Of a DNA stretch of 22,590 bases, positions 7,462 to 17,347 are shown piece after piece (positions within the stretch are counted from its first letter, which is position 1; every line of letters starts with the position of its first letter). This DNA is from a virus (lineage: Duplodnaviria > Heunggongvirae > Uroviricota > Caudoviricetes). Where the stretch lies: IMG/VR virus record IMGVR_UViG_2585427750_000023, positions 1 to 22,590 of that record. One strand, 5' to 3'. A program made the position numbers and the translations under genes. The notes under the pieces were generated by a model. The model did not search any database. It was given only the letters and a program-made list of their open reading frames with translations, and was not told where the DNA came from.

Positions 7462-7689
7462 ATGAAGCAATGGCTCATCATAATTGCTGTTTTTTTGCTC
7501 ATTTACACTGTTTTCCCAACATTAAAAGCACCAATGCAAATAATTTCACTAGCAATAATTGCGATTGGTGCTTTCATTGCTGTAGCCGTACTTGTGTTTA
7601 AGGTTTTAAAGTTTTTAGTTTGGCTATCAAAAGATGATGGATGCAAAGTTCATCAAGAAAAAGAAGGCAAAATAACCAAAGTTGACTAA
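7462..7689 (+). CDS. Hypothetical small membrane protein (two predicted TM helices)
   Basis: 75-aa ORF with strong RBS GGGAGG 6 nt upstream; two hydrophobic segments (about aa 5-22 and 26-52); stop overlaps the convergent gp16 stop. Confidence 0.6.
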   Translation: MKQWLIIIAVFLLIYTVFPTLKAPMQIISLAIIAIGAFIAVAVLVFKVLKFLVWLSKDDGCKVHQEKEGKITKVD

Positions 7690-9809
7690 CTGTCACTAGC
7701 GAGCCATGTAATAATCCCCGTGCGGGCAATGGTTTTTGCTTCATCTGTTGATAAGGTTTTCTCCCATCTCTTAAATGCCCCAGATTGCATCAGTTTCCTT
7801 TCTATTACGCGTCTCACTTCTGCTCTGTCTACTGGTGCGTTTTGCAGGCGAAATAGCATTGATTTAAACTCAGGAGAAGACAGTAGAGCATCAGCAGCCT
7901 TTATCCTGCTTGTTTTCCCTGACATCAATGCGGACGTTATCACCCCTGTTGCGCCTACACCAGGAAGACCAGATAAGCTTGTAATACCTTCCGCCGCAGC
8001 AGCTTTTGAGGCTATTCCATAAATTTTTGCGAGACTACCCTTTTCTTTCAGAAAGTTATTAACTTGCTGATCCACAAGACTACTAGCATACTGCTTACCA
8101 GTATTGAGTCTATTCATAGCCTTAGCTGCTTGATAAATCGTATCAAGGCGCTTTGATGCATCTGTGCCAATAGCATCACGGAGAGCCTTCATATTGGCCC
8201 CATTGCGTGACATTCCGTTATACCATTTTACAAATCCATCAACTCCTAATTGCTGACCAGGTGATTTGGCATAGCTGGTAAATGCTTTATTCATTGAGGT
8301 GAGCGCAACTTCCTGCCGCATATCCTTTGGAATCGACTTCATTAATTGCCTAAAGTCGCCACCGTTTCCTTTTGCCATATTAACAACAGCACTTTCAACT
8401 TTTGGAATTGCTGATTGCTGAAGTTTTCTACCCAAGACGGTTACAGCATCATCTTCAATGGATTTTCGTTTTTTTACCAACTCCTTACCAAGCGTCCATA
8501 ATTCCCCTGCGCCATATTTTTCTGCGACAGCCTGTTGGTCATCTGTTATGGCTGCATATAACTTTTTAAGAACACCTGTTTCTTCATCCTTGAATGGACC
8601 AGAGCCTTTGCCAATAGCTTGTCCAACCTGCTTTCTAGCGAGATCTAAACGCCCATACGTTGGCAAGGTGTTTGGATCAAGTCGGTTCAATGTCCGCTTC
8701 ATTATTGGAGATAATTCATCAATTCCACCTATGTCATCAGCAAAATCCTCTAAAAAATTCAATGTATTAGTTGCCTCAATCCGGTCTCTTACAGGAACCT
8801 TTTCGGCAATTTTGTTGTAGATGTTATCTGACTGATTTTGTAATGATGAAATGGTTTTATCAAAATTATCTGCAAGCCTGTCAGAAACCAGTTGCTTATC
8901 AAGGCTTCCCCCAAATGAAGTTATCATTTCATCAGCTTTTCTTCCTAATTCAGTAATAAAACGCTTATGCGCCTCACTAATCTCCGTTCCAGGAAGACTT
9001 GCCACTGCATTATCAAGAGCCCTGACAGCAGGATTATTAGAGATCATGCCTGGAGTGGCATAATTTTCCAGTTCTAGCTCACGAATAGCATTTATCGCGT
9101 TAAAATCAGGATTAACTTCATCGGCGAAATCTTGAATAGCACGTTGCCCACCAATAAATTTATTATCCATTGCGCCAGCAGCTTTCTTTAACGTTGCTTT
9201 AGATGATTTACTACCCATCCCTACGGATGAACGATAAATATCCCCGGCACTATTTTTAATTTTTCCTGCAATCTTCCCAAGCGCTGGACCAACAATCTCG
9301 GCTACAGGGCCAGCCACAGCACCAATAGCAGCTCCGGAAGCAACATCGCTATTTGTTCCATTGGCTACAATAGCCCCTTCTCCAGCACCAAGCCCTGCGG
9401 CGGCAGCCAGCCTTGCCGCCCCTTTCGGAACCTGAGAAATAATCCCACCACCACTAACAAATGGCGCTGCTTGTCCAACAAACTCACCAACATCTTGTGC
9501 GGTTGATGGTTTTGCCGCTAACTTCTGCTGTAGAGACTGAATTGCGGCTTGCTCTTCTGGTGTCATATCCTGAAACAGGCCAACACCTTTACCAACATCC
9601 ATCAATCCACTGAGAACGCCATACATAAAACGGTCGAAACCGTTAGCATTATTAACAACATTTTCCTGTCTGGAATTTTCCTCTGGTGAAACCAAAGGAG
9701 ATTGCTGCTGTTCTGGTTGGGAATCAAGCACAAAGCCATCAGGAAGTTGTGAGTTATCAGGCTGTTCATCCAGAACAAACCCCTCTGGTAAACCTACATT
9801 GGTTGCCAT
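7686..9809 (-). CDS. Ejection (injection) protein, P22 gp16-like
   Basis: 707-aa ORF at the gp16 position in P22 synteny (last gene of the 7/20/16 trio); Gly/Ala-rich segments; start overlaps gp20 stop. Confidence 0.75.
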   Translation of the reverse strand: MATNVGLPEGFVLDEQPDNSQLPDGFVLDSQPEQQQSPLVSPEENSRQENVVNNANGFDRFMYGVLSGLMDVGKGVGLFQDMTPEEQAAIQSLQQKLAAKPSTAQDVGEFVGQAAPFVSGGGIISQVPKGAARLAAAAGLGAGEGAIVANGTNSDVASGAAIGAVAGPVAEIVGPALGKIAGKIKNSAGDIYRSSVGMGSKSSKATLKKAAGAMDNKFIGGQRAIQDFADEVNPDFNAINAIRELELENYATPGMISNNPAVRALDNAVASLPGTEISEAHKRFITELGRKADEMITSFGGSLDKQLVSDRLADNFDKTISSLQNQSDNIYNKIAEKVPVRDRIEATNTLNFLEDFADDIGGIDELSPIMKRTLNRLDPNTLPTYGRLDLARKQVGQAIGKGSGPFKDEETGVLKKLYAAITDDQQAVAEKYGAGELWTLGKELVKKRKSIEDDAVTVLGRKLQQSAIPKVESAVVNMAKGNGGDFRQLMKSIPKDMRQEVALTSMNKAFTSYAKSPGQQLGVDGFVKWYNGMSRNGANMKALRDAIGTDASKRLDTIYQAAKAMNRLNTGKQYASSLVDQQVNNFLKEKGSLAKIYGIASKAAAAEGITSLSGLPGVGATGVITSALMSGKTSRIKAADALLSSPEFKSMLFRLQNAPVDRAEVRRVIERKLMQSGAFKRWEKTLSTDEAKTIARTGIITWLASDS

Positions 9810-11128
9810 TGTCCGTTCCTATAAATGAGTTTCTGACCAGTTTTAGGGTTCGTTGCCGTCGCGCCTTCTGATATCCCACTTGGCGCAGCTTTTGTCTGCC
9901 CATTACCACCTTGTGGTGTAGGCTGCGCTGGGACATCGTCAAATAGCTTGGCCTTCCTTCTCCCTAAGCTTTTTTTCAGCCCTTGAGGAATAGTATCTCC
10001 ATACGTATCCAGATATTCGTCTACCTGCTGGTTAAACTGCTGCCCCATAGCGTTGGCGTTAATTTTGGCTGCGTTAACAATGTTATCCCTCGCTTCCTGT
10101 GACAAGCCATTCCCTGCATTAAGCTGGTCTACATATCCTTTTATCTGCCCCCATATGCCATCAGAGCGCATGACCTGAACCTGTTCACCTTCGCGAACAA
10201 CTGACTGAGGGTCGAGAGACTTCATGTAATTAAAGATAATCCCAAGTTGGGCAGCGCCAGTATTTACCTTGCTAAGGGCTTGCAGAGAGTTTGCCGCCGC
10301 TCTGACAGAGTTATAATTTTTGCCAAAATTGGTAATATCAGAATTTAATCCCTTAATTAAGTCTGCTGACGGCTTACCTTTTTGCCCTAGCTCCATTAGC
10401 TTCAATCCCATCTCATCTGAGTGCATTTGTGCCCGCTGAGCCCTGTCTAGTTGAGCGTTTTGGATATTTGCCCATCCTCTCGCGTTCTCCATGTCAGCCT
10501 GACGGATGCTTTCATCCAATCGCCCTTTCTCAAGTTGGCGACCAACCATCTTGTCCTGAACATTGAAGTAGTCAATCGGACCAAGCGCAGCCATCCCAAG
10601 GTGATCAACAAACTCACCAAATCCTGAAGGATTCTGCTGATACATCTGAGCAACGCTGTTAGGGTCAACACCGACGCGAGTCAGTTCCTTGGCGTTGTTT
10701 TGCAGCCATGATTGCATTGCTTCTGGAGACGATGACGCAAGGCGTGCGCCAGCTGCTAATGTACCGATAGAATTGCGCTGGTCTTCATCAATGAATCCCA
10801 TGCCTTTACGAACGGATTCAATCTGGTCTGGATATTGAGTAGCCAAATTACGCAAAGCACTGCGATCACCAGACGCATAAGCATTAGCGTATGCCTGCTG
10901 AAATTCTTTCTGCCGCTGAGCCTGCTTTTCCTGCTGAAAAACACTCGCTATACCTGAAAGACCTTGCAAAGCAGTCAGCCCAACATTGTTGGCGCCTGAA
11001 CGCTCAAAATCATTGTTCTGCCTGATAAGCTGAAGCGTATTGCCGATGTCATTTACGCTAGGAGCGTTTGAGTTGACGCCACCGATACCAGCCAACAATC
11101 CGCCATTTGATCCTTGCCAAGTAGCCAT
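9794..11128 (-). CDS. Ejection protein, P22 gp20-like
   Basis: 444-aa ORF by synteny; RBS AAGGGG 5 nt upstream. Confidence 0.75.
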   Translation of the reverse strand: MATWQGSNGGLLAGIGGVNSNAPSVNDIGNTLQLIRQNNDFERSGANNVGLTALQGLSGIASVFQQEKQAQRQKEFQQAYANAYASGDRSALRNLATQYPDQIESVRKGMGFIDEDQRNSIGTLAAGARLASSSPEAMQSWLQNNAKELTRVGVDPNSVAQMYQQNPSGFGEFVDHLGMAALGPIDYFNVQDKMVGRQLEKGRLDESIRQADMENARGWANIQNAQLDRAQRAQMHSDEMGLKLMELGQKGKPSADLIKGLNSDITNFGKNYNSVRAAANSLQALSKVNTGAAQLGIIFNYMKSLDPQSVVREGEQVQVMRSDGIWGQIKGYVDQLNAGNGLSQEARDNIVNAAKINANAMGQQFNQQVDEYLDTYGDTIPQGLKKSLGRRKAKLFDDVPAQPTPQGGNGQTKAAPSGISEGATATNPKTGQKLIYRNGQWQPM

Positions 11129-11137
11129 GATTACCCC

Positions 11138-11833
11138 TTAAAACAACGAGCCAAGCAGGCCAAGCCCGCCACCAATTGCCGCTCCTAATCCAGTACCAAG
11201 TCCGGGGACAATAGAGCCAAGAGCGGCACCAGTCATAGCTCCTGAAGCTCCGCCGCTAATTGCTGTCTGAAGGCCTGATGGTTTATTGGCGTTAGCAGCG
11301 GCAAGTGCTGCGCTTTGCTGCGCAATGCTGCTCATGTTGTTGGCGTATGTCTGCCCGGCATTCGCCTGACCTTGCAGCGCACCAAGGCCGATGTTTGCCA
11401 GATTGTTGTAGTTGCTCATCTGGTTCGACAACCACGACTGACCGAGAGTCGGGGCAATCGTGGCCAGTTGATTGCTTGTGGCTGTCGAGCCAAGTCCTCC
11501 CGTCGCCTCCGCAGCAGCAAGACTCTGGTAACGCGCCTGACCTGCAAGGTCTTTATACTGCTGAGAGTTGTAATACTGATTAAGTGCCTGCCCCTGACCT
11601 TCTAAACTGGAAAGATTCTGCAACTGGTTAACATACTGCTCCGCAAGAGGCGTGAGCGGAGCAAGTTTTTTCATGATCGTCTGCCACTGCTGATTTTGCA
11701 GGTCTGCGGTATACTTCTGAGCTTCTGCTGCATACTTTGCGCTTTTATCAGAGCTGCCACCTTTCCCGCCTTTTTCAGGGCAATAAGGTTCCTCGCCGCG
11801 CAGTTTTCTGCCCAGCTTAAATGCATATAACAT
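11138..11833 (-). CDS. Ejection protein, P22 gp7-like
   Basis: 231 aa; N-terminus MLYAFKLGRKLRGEE... recalled as gp7-like; Gln/Ala-rich middle and Gly-rich hydrophobic C-terminus. Confidence 0.78.
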   Translation of the reverse strand: MLYAFKLGRKLRGEEPYCPEKGGKGGSSDKSAKYAAEAQKYTADLQNQQWQTIMKKLAPLTPLAEQYVNQLQNLSSLEGQGQALNQYYNSQQYKDLAGQARYQSLAAAEATGGLGSTATSNQLATIAPTLGQSWLSNQMSNYNNLANIGLGALQGQANAGQTYANNMSSIAQQSAALAAANANKPSGLQTAISGGASGAMTGAALGSIVPGLGTGLGAAIGGGLGLLGSLF

Positions 11834-11835
11834 GG

Positions 11836-12291
11836 CTATCTCCCGTGATTCAGGAAGTCGATTAGTTCTTCGCGTGTTGCGCTGTAAAAAGTCACGTCAT
11901 CCACGCCTTTGAAGTATTTCTTGATGGTTCCTACACGCTTAAGGCCAATCATTGCGCAGTACATCTGCCCGTGGCGGAATTTGCGTGCAGCGAACGATGT
12001 GACGCACTGAACGGTGGTGTTAGTCAGAATGTATCGCCAGAACGCCAGCCCGATTTCCTTGCTGAATCCACGAACCTCTGGCAGGTACATGGCGTGGCAA
12101 TCGAATGTCAGCGGCTGAATCTCCTGATAGTAAACAATGCCGCCGAACTGCCCGTGCACGTTCACCTCAAAGTAACGGCATTCAGGCTTGTAGTCGTATC
12201 CATCACCGTTGTTGCTCCCGGCAATAATGTCAGGGTGATTTCCGACAGCTTCGATCAGGTCGATGTTTCGCGTTGGTTTGAATGTAATCAT
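11836..12291 (-). CDS. P22 gp14-like protein (tail/ejection accessory)
   Basis: 151-aa ORF at the gp14 position, tightly packed between gp26 and gp7. Confidence 0.7.
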   Translation of the reverse strand: MITFKPTRNIDLIEAVGNHPDIIAGSNNGDGYDYKPECRYFEVNVHGQFGGIVYYQEIQPLTFDCHAMYLPEVRGFSKEIGLAFWRYILTNTTVQCVTSFAARKFRHGQMYCAMIGLKRVGTIKKYFKGVDDVTFYSATREELIDFLNHGR

Positions 12292-12992
12292 CAGTCAATC
12301 AGCCCATGTAATCTAAGTGCCGTTTCAAGCGCCAGAATACGCTGCCGCGCCTGCTGCAAACCTGTAGCGAGAGCCGCGACTTCGGATTGTGTGTACGTAG
12401 TGCCGACCGTGTATGACTGGTTAGCGTTGAATGAGCCAAGAAGAGGTGTACCTGTGGCTGCAGTCCATCCGGTCTGCCTTGCTCCAACGACCTGAATTCC
12501 ATCAACTGAATATGATGTTTTTACATCCAGCGGTGACGCAAGAGACTGCGATTCGGTTACGGTTTTCGATACGTAATCACTCTTAATGCCAGAGACATCG
12601 TTTTCTACGTTATCCAGTCTTTGGTCAACAGTGACCAGATGCGCCTGAATATCGATAACCTCATCCAGCAAGTAATCAACATCGCTACGCAGTACGACTA
12701 TCTTCCCTTCGGCAGTTGTTAACCTGACCTCAAGTAGATTTATCGCTTTTGTGTTTGCGGTGATTCTTGCATCGTGATCTGCCAGTTCGACGTCCTGTTC
12801 ATCGTTTTTTACCTGGGCATCGTAAGCGCCCTGACCAGCCTGATTTGCCTTCCCGGCAATTGCACCGACATCAGCTCCCTGATTTATGACATACAGCAGG
12901 TAAGACTGGCTGAATATATTGCGTGGCAAAATTGAAGCATCAAGGAGCGTAGCCTGAACCACGACAGGAGCATTCAGTGATGAATCAGCCAT
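12291..12992 (-). CDS. Tail needle protein (P22 gp26-like)
   Basis: 233 aa; N-terminus [50 protein letters not shown] and trimeric coiled-coil-like middle closely match recalled P22 gp26; TAATG stop/start overlap with gp10. Confidence 0.85.
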   Translation of the reverse strand: MADSSLNAPVVVQATLLDASILPRNIFSQSYLLYVINQGADVGAIAGKANQAGQGAYDAQVKNDEQDVELADHDARITANTKAINLLEVRLTTAEGKIVVLRSDVDYLLDEVIDIQAHLVTVDQRLDNVENDVSGIKSDYVSKTVTESQSLASPLDVKTSYSVDGIQVVGARQTGWTAATGTPLLGSFNANQSYTVGTTYTQSEVAALATGLQQARQRILALETALRLHGLID

Positions 12993-14410
12993 TACTCAAT
13001 CCTTATCTGGCAGCCAGACAGAGTGACAGGTGACTTCGTGATAACGCGCAATTTGAAGCCAACATTTTTCCTGATGCGCCCGACTCGCTTCCACAAAACG
13101 CGCTTGTCGTAAACGAACGGTTCATTCTGCTCAATCATCTGCTCACGACCGTAATTTATGCCGTCAGTGGTTGCAGAGAGGAACAGGCGGTCGGCGTACT
13201 GCGCAACGCCAGTTGACGATTCAACTTCAAGGTCGAAAACTCTGGCGTTATCCGCTTTGAACAGTGGAGTAAACAGCATGTGTTCTTGCTGTAGCCCATA
13301 CTGGCTGCTGATGTCGAACTGCAATTTCCCGGTCACGGATTCCAGCTTATCGCCGCACGTTATCTGATTGCCTTCGTAAATGAAGTCGATAGCGCGGTAC
13401 ACATCGTCATACAGTCCTGTTTTCAGCACACACCATTGCGGACCATTGGCGCTTGAAGATGCGTCGTACACGAGGACGTGACGCGTAAGATGGATAATCA
13501 GCAGTTCATGCGCATCAAATCGCAGCGATTCCATCACACCATCAGCCAGTTCATCAGCAGTGTAGGAGCGTAGTATTTTCTCAATGCTCGCGCTGGCGAT
13601 TGGTGATACCTGACCGGAACCGATGATATACACAGACGGCGCACCTGTTGCCGGATTGCTGATGAACGCATACGAATCAGCGAATGGCGTTTTGCAGTAA
13701 GTCCCGGCGATGCCTTTTTGCACCATCAGCGATGGCTGTGCGACATACAAAGCGGCACCAACAGTGGTTGCACCTGTCAGGGAAAAATATTCAATCGTCG
13801 ATGAACCAAAGCAGACGATGAAGTCTCGCCATGTTCCGATGCCGATAATACCGTCAGGCTGAGACTCGGCACGATATTGTGCACTGTATCGGTCAGGGTG
13901 CGATTCGTCTTCAAGGTCAGTGATAAACCATGAATCAGTTCCGTCTTTTGACCACGCATAACGCCCACGTAAGCGTGTAATGTCGCGGACTGAACCTAAC
14001 TCATACTGAGTGAATCCGCTGTCTGTAGGCCAGTTTGAGACTGTTTTAACCGTGCCATCATAGCGATACTCGACCAGTTGACCATTAACGCCTACCGCCT
14101 GAGATGTTCGACCATGCGCCATTGATACGCGACCACTTCCGGCAACATCACCGACCTCGCTTTCGCCCTTATACAACTTGCCACCGCAAACGCGATAAAC
14201 AGCATTCTGCGCCATGTTGTACTCGACACCGCGCGATACACCATTCACATCAGAACGTTTGGCAATGCCCGGGAATGAGCGAAGATATCCGCTGCTGTTC
14301 AGGATTTCTTTGGGCGTAGCCAGCATATTCACTGGCAGATAGTCGATATAGTCGGCGTTTCGAAAGTCTTTGCCGACACCTTTCATAAGCGGAAGTTGCT
14401 GAATCGGCAT
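12992..14410 (-). CDS. Tail hub / head-completion protein (P22 gp10-like)
   Basis: 472 aa; N-terminus [49 protein letters not shown] matches recalled gp10. Confidence 0.85.
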   Translation of the reverse strand: MPIQQLPLMKGVGKDFRNADYIDYLPVNMLATPKEILNSSGYLRSFPGIAKRSDVNGVSRGVEYNMAQNAVYRVCGGKLYKGESEVGDVAGSGRVSMAHGRTSQAVGVNGQLVEYRYDGTVKTVSNWPTDSGFTQYELGSVRDITRLRGRYAWSKDGTDSWFITDLEDESHPDRYSAQYRAESQPDGIIGIGTWRDFIVCFGSSTIEYFSLTGATTVGAALYVAQPSLMVQKGIAGTYCKTPFADSYAFISNPATGAPSVYIIGSGQVSPIASASIEKILRSYTADELADGVMESLRFDAHELLIIHLTRHVLVYDASSSANGPQWCVLKTGLYDDVYRAIDFIYEGNQITCGDKLESVTGKLQFDISSQYGLQQEHMLFTPLFKADNARVFDLEVESSTGVAQYADRLFLSATTDGINYGREQMIEQNEPFVYDKRVLWKRVGRIRKNVGFKLRVITKSPVTLSGCQIRIE

Positions 14411-14419
14411 TTATTCACC

Positions 14420-14881
14420 TCACGTACTCGGATCATCTTTCTCGATGTAAAACCGATTCCACGTAAACGCGCTTTTGTTACCACTACCGCGAGGCATGTC
14501 ATTTCGCCGCTCAAGTGGTGGTATTTTGGTTAAAGCGATGCAAATTGTCTGGTATGCACTGTCAGCAGCGGTAAGGAGAGCGTCTGACGGCTGAATGACG
14601 TTATCCATGCACACTTGCACAGCGAGTTTCAAGGCGACGCCATCATTTGCCCATGCAGGGATACCTGAATCATCGTCAGGTAACGGCATGATGCCGTTTT
14701 CTGTATCAGCAAACTGATATCCAAGCTCGATACCTTTAGCCTGCCATGCTGCCATCATGTCTTCGAGGTCATTAATGGCATCTTCAATTGCCTGAGGGTC
14801 AGCATCTGTCAACGTGGCATTGGAATACAGCCCGGCTTTTCGTAAAGCCTTAAGAACGAGATCACCCTTCGTTTTCGCCAT
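14420..14881 (-). CDS. Head-to-tail adaptor protein (P22 gp4-like)
   Basis: 153 aa; TKGDLVLKALRKAGLYSNATLTDADPQAIEDAINDLEDMMAAW matches recalled gp4 pattern. Confidence 0.83.
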   Translation of the reverse strand: MAKTKGDLVLKALRKAGLYSNATLTDADPQAIEDAINDLEDMMAAWQAKGIELGYQFADTENGIMPLPDDDSGIPAWANDGVALKLAVQVCMDNVIQPSDALLTAADSAYQTICIALTKIPPLERRNDMPRGSGNKSAFTWNRFYIEKDDPST

Positions 14882-15050
14882 CTTCTTCCGCCTTAGCCAC
14901 TTTATGCTTCGTTGCGGTTTCTTCAGGAGTTTTTACCCAGCCTTTTTTCAGGTGAGATTTAACTTCTTCGTCATCAACAATGATGTAATCGACAGCAAAC
15001 TGACCGCAGGTGATCATGTTGCCAGGCTTATAGAGCATTGTTCGTGCCAT
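14862..15050 (-). CDS. Hypothetical small protein between coat and gp4
   Basis: 62-aa ORF from ATG 15050 with strong RBS GGAGAAG; the ORF-track 75-aa version starts with TTG inside the coat terminator hairpin and is not preferred; overlaps the gp4 start by 20 nt. Confidence 0.5.
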   Translation of the reverse strand: MARTMLYKPGNMITCGQFAVDYIIVDDEEVKSHLKKGWVKTPEETATKHKVAKAEEDGENEG

Positions 15051-15060
15051 TGTCTTCTCC

Positions 15061-15084
15061 CAATAAAAATGGGGCCGAAGCCCC
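15061..15084 (-). terminator. Intrinsic terminator/attenuator immediately after the coat gene (minus strand GGGGC-UUCG-GCCCC then AUUUUUAUU)
   Basis: 5-bp GC stem 15071..15075 / 15080..15084 with UUCG tetraloop, U-rich tract 15061..15070 on the minus-strand transcript, 7 nt after the coat stop. Confidence 0.7.
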
Positions 15085-15091
15085 ACCAAAA

Positions 15092-16345
15092 TTACTGCCC
15101 GGCAATAACGATGCCCGTATATTCAGGAACCAGTACAGAGCAACCGTACAGAGTGGTGAAACGCGCAGTGGTTACACCTTTGATGTGGTCGAAGGCGTAA
15201 GACATGATCAGCGTAGCGCCCTGCTCGGTGGTTGCTGTCATTACCTGTGGCCCCTGACCAGTCGGGAACGCCAGTTTGCCGTACATCAGCTCAACAGAAC
15301 CATCAGCCCAGAACAGGTTAGCCGGTGCGGCATTTTTGTTGAGAATGGTAATTGCTGCACCATTTGCCGCGTTAGCATCAACGTTTGCATATGGTCGGCT
15401 GGCGACATCCGCGTTGTCAGGCGGCAGAATTTTCGGGGAGATAGTTACTGTCGTTCCGCTTACTGCCAGAACGCGGAATACCTGCGGCTGCCCGGTGGTA
15501 TCTTTGGTGATCTGGTGTACGGAATTCACGCCAGCAATGGTGAACGCATCGCCAACCTGCAAACCAGATGCAGATACCGTAATGGTCCCCTGTCGGTTAT
15601 CCACTGGCATATCGTTGGCATCTTTCGCTTCAACCTTGTGCGCAGGTTCAGCCGCCAGCGTCAGGGAAGTTGCTGTACCCTTCGGAACACGACCAGAAAT
15701 ATCGGTCTTGTAGCTATCGAAGGACGCAACCGGAGGGATCTGCGCTTTTTCGTATGCTGTCAGGGTTGCGCCCTGAGCATAGGCACGGTGACCAAGCTCG
15801 CCAGCAAGGTCTTTGTAGTTGAAGGGGTTCCAGAAAGAGCGACGGTTGATACCCTGAGGTACACCAATCGCCGTCATGGTGGCATCAATACCTGCCGCAC
15901 AGTTCCACAAATCACGGCCCTGTGAACCTGTGGTTGAGTCAGCCATCGTGATCACGTTAGTAGCACGCTGCGTGACCATGGAAATCAGGTCAGAGTCAAT
16001 CTGTGCAGCAAGGCGCATACCTGCGGCGCGACCAGCTTCAGTTTTATGTTCCGGGTCACGCATTTCACGCGCATCCAGAGTGTACAGAATGTTTTTCGGC
16101 TCCTTGAACACAGAAGGAACAAGGCGCTGAACCAGTGCTGTTGGCGTTTTGCCGCTGAGGTCTAGGCCTTCCTCAATGTTCATGTGGTAATGCTGCGGAC
16201 GATACAGAACATCACCTGCTCGCTGCATTGCTGTATCACCGGGACGGAATTTTTTAGCGTTACGGGAAACTACGCAGGCGGCCTCAAAGCCTTCAACGTA
16301 GTTTTCGAACATGATTTCAAGGTCTTTTGCTAATTGGTTAGCCAT
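15092..16345 (-). CDS. Major capsid (coat) protein, P22 gp5-like
   Basis: 417 aa; C-terminal half (..RPYANVDANAANGAAITILNKNAAPANLFWADGSVEL..) resembles recalled P22 coat; position between scaffold and gp4. Confidence 0.88.
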   Translation of the reverse strand: MANQLAKDLEIMFENYVEGFEAACVVSRNAKKFRPGDTAMQRAGDVLYRPQHYHMNIEEGLDLSGKTPTALVQRLVPSVFKEPKNILYTLDAREMRDPEHKTEAGRAAGMRLAAQIDSDLISMVTQRATNVITMADSTTGSQGRDLWNCAAGIDATMTAIGVPQGINRRSFWNPFNYKDLAGELGHRAYAQGATLTAYEKAQIPPVASFDSYKTDISGRVPKGTATSLTLAAEPAHKVEAKDANDMPVDNRQGTITVSASGLQVGDAFTIAGVNSVHQITKDTTGQPQVFRVLAVSGTTVTISPKILPPDNADVASRPYANVDANAANGAAITILNKNAAPANLFWADGSVELMYGKLAFPTGQGPQVMTATTEQGATLIMSYAFDHIKGVTTARFTTLYGCSVLVPEYTGIVIAGQ

Positions 16346-16363
16346 GCTTAATGCTCCGATAGG

Positions 16364-17257
16364 TTATTTTTTTGCCTTTTTAGCGGCGAAATACGGCGTC
16401 CAGTCACCAGTTTCCAGCGCCCTGGCTTTCAGTTTGTCGAGGTTATTGATTACTGCGCCGTTGCTCCCCTTAACTGTCGGGGTTGTGGCTGCCGTGGTTT
16501 TTGCTTTTGGCATGATTCTGGCCTTCGATTCGATACGTTCCAGCAGACGACCAATTGCTACGGGGTTGGTAGCTTCTGCCAGTTGCTTGCGCAGTTCAGC
16601 GTTGCGACCGAGTGCCAGAACAACGATTTCCGGCTTCTCTGACTCAAACAGGATCGCGTTTTGTGTCTCGATGGGGATTTCCTCGAGTACGGCCTGTTCA
16701 GCTTCCTGATAGCCAGGAACCTTGAGAGCCTTAACACGTTGCTGATATTTGGATAATCGCTCTTGATAGGCAGCCTGAAGCTCCTGCTCCTTCTGCTTGC
16801 GAGCCATCTCCTGTTGCTGGTATTTGCCGTTGTCCTCCGCCCACTTAGCCATGCGTTGCTGGTAGATTTCTTCATCGAAACCGATGTCCTCATCATCCAG
16901 TTTTGGCATTCGCGGTGGTTGAGTGATTACCGGCTGCTGCTCGACGGGTTTCTGAGACTGACGCATCAGCTCTTTCAGTTCGCGGTCTTTCTCTTTAATC
17001 GTCTTGCGCAGGTGTTTTACCAGTCCATGCTCTGCGCCATCTTCGCTGGTTGGCGAATCCAGCTTTTCGTCACCAAAGTAGAATTCCTGCTCTGATTCGT
17101 CGTCATCAGTTTCAGTAGCTTCCTCTGTATCATTGCCGGAGGACTCACTGCCATCTTCTGTTTCGACTTCTTCAGCCAGTTCGACATCATCAGGAATCTG
17201 CTCTGACGCGTCGGTTTCGATTTCAACTTCTGGTGTGTTTTCTGCCATCTGGTCCAT
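16364..17257 (-). CDS. Scaffolding protein (P22 gp8-like)
   Basis: 297 aa; acidic N-terminus, long charged helical middle, basic C-terminal helix-turn-helix-like tail; position between portal and coat. Confidence 0.8.
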   Translation of the reverse strand: MDQMAENTPEVEIETDASEQIPDDVELAEEVETEDGSESSGNDTEEATETDDDESEQEFYFGDEKLDSPTSEDGAEHGLVKHLRKTIKEKDRELKELMRQSQKPVEQQPVITQPPRMPKLDDEDIGFDEEIYQQRMAKWAEDNGKYQQQEMARKQKEQELQAAYQERLSKYQQRVKALKVPGYQEAEQAVLEEIPIETQNAILFESEKPEIVVLALGRNAELRKQLAEATNPVAIGRLLERIESKARIMPKAKTTAATTPTVKGSNGAVINNLDKLKARALETGDWTPYFAAKKAKK

Positions 17258-17347
17258 TTGTTACCCCTGTTTACTCGATGTTCAGCCCATCGGAAGGCAA
17301 TAGGGTGCCAGGCCTCATAAAGACAGCCATTGCACGTTATGGGTTAA

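Noticed and set aside
11971-12495. 174-aa plus-strand ORF spanning the gp14/gp26 junction
   Set aside because: Antisense to two syntenic, tightly coupled virion genes; no start context.
14862-15089. 75-aa version of the small ORF after coat
   Set aside because: Starts with TTG inside the coat terminator hairpin; ATG at 15050 with GGAGAAG RBS is much more plausible.
15038-16130. Plus-strand ORFs antisense to the coat gene (15038..15925 295 aa, 15276..15713, 15876..16130)
   Set aside because: Opposite a clearly recognisable coat protein; the translations are Arg/Cys-rich junk typical of antisense frames in GC-rich coding DNA.
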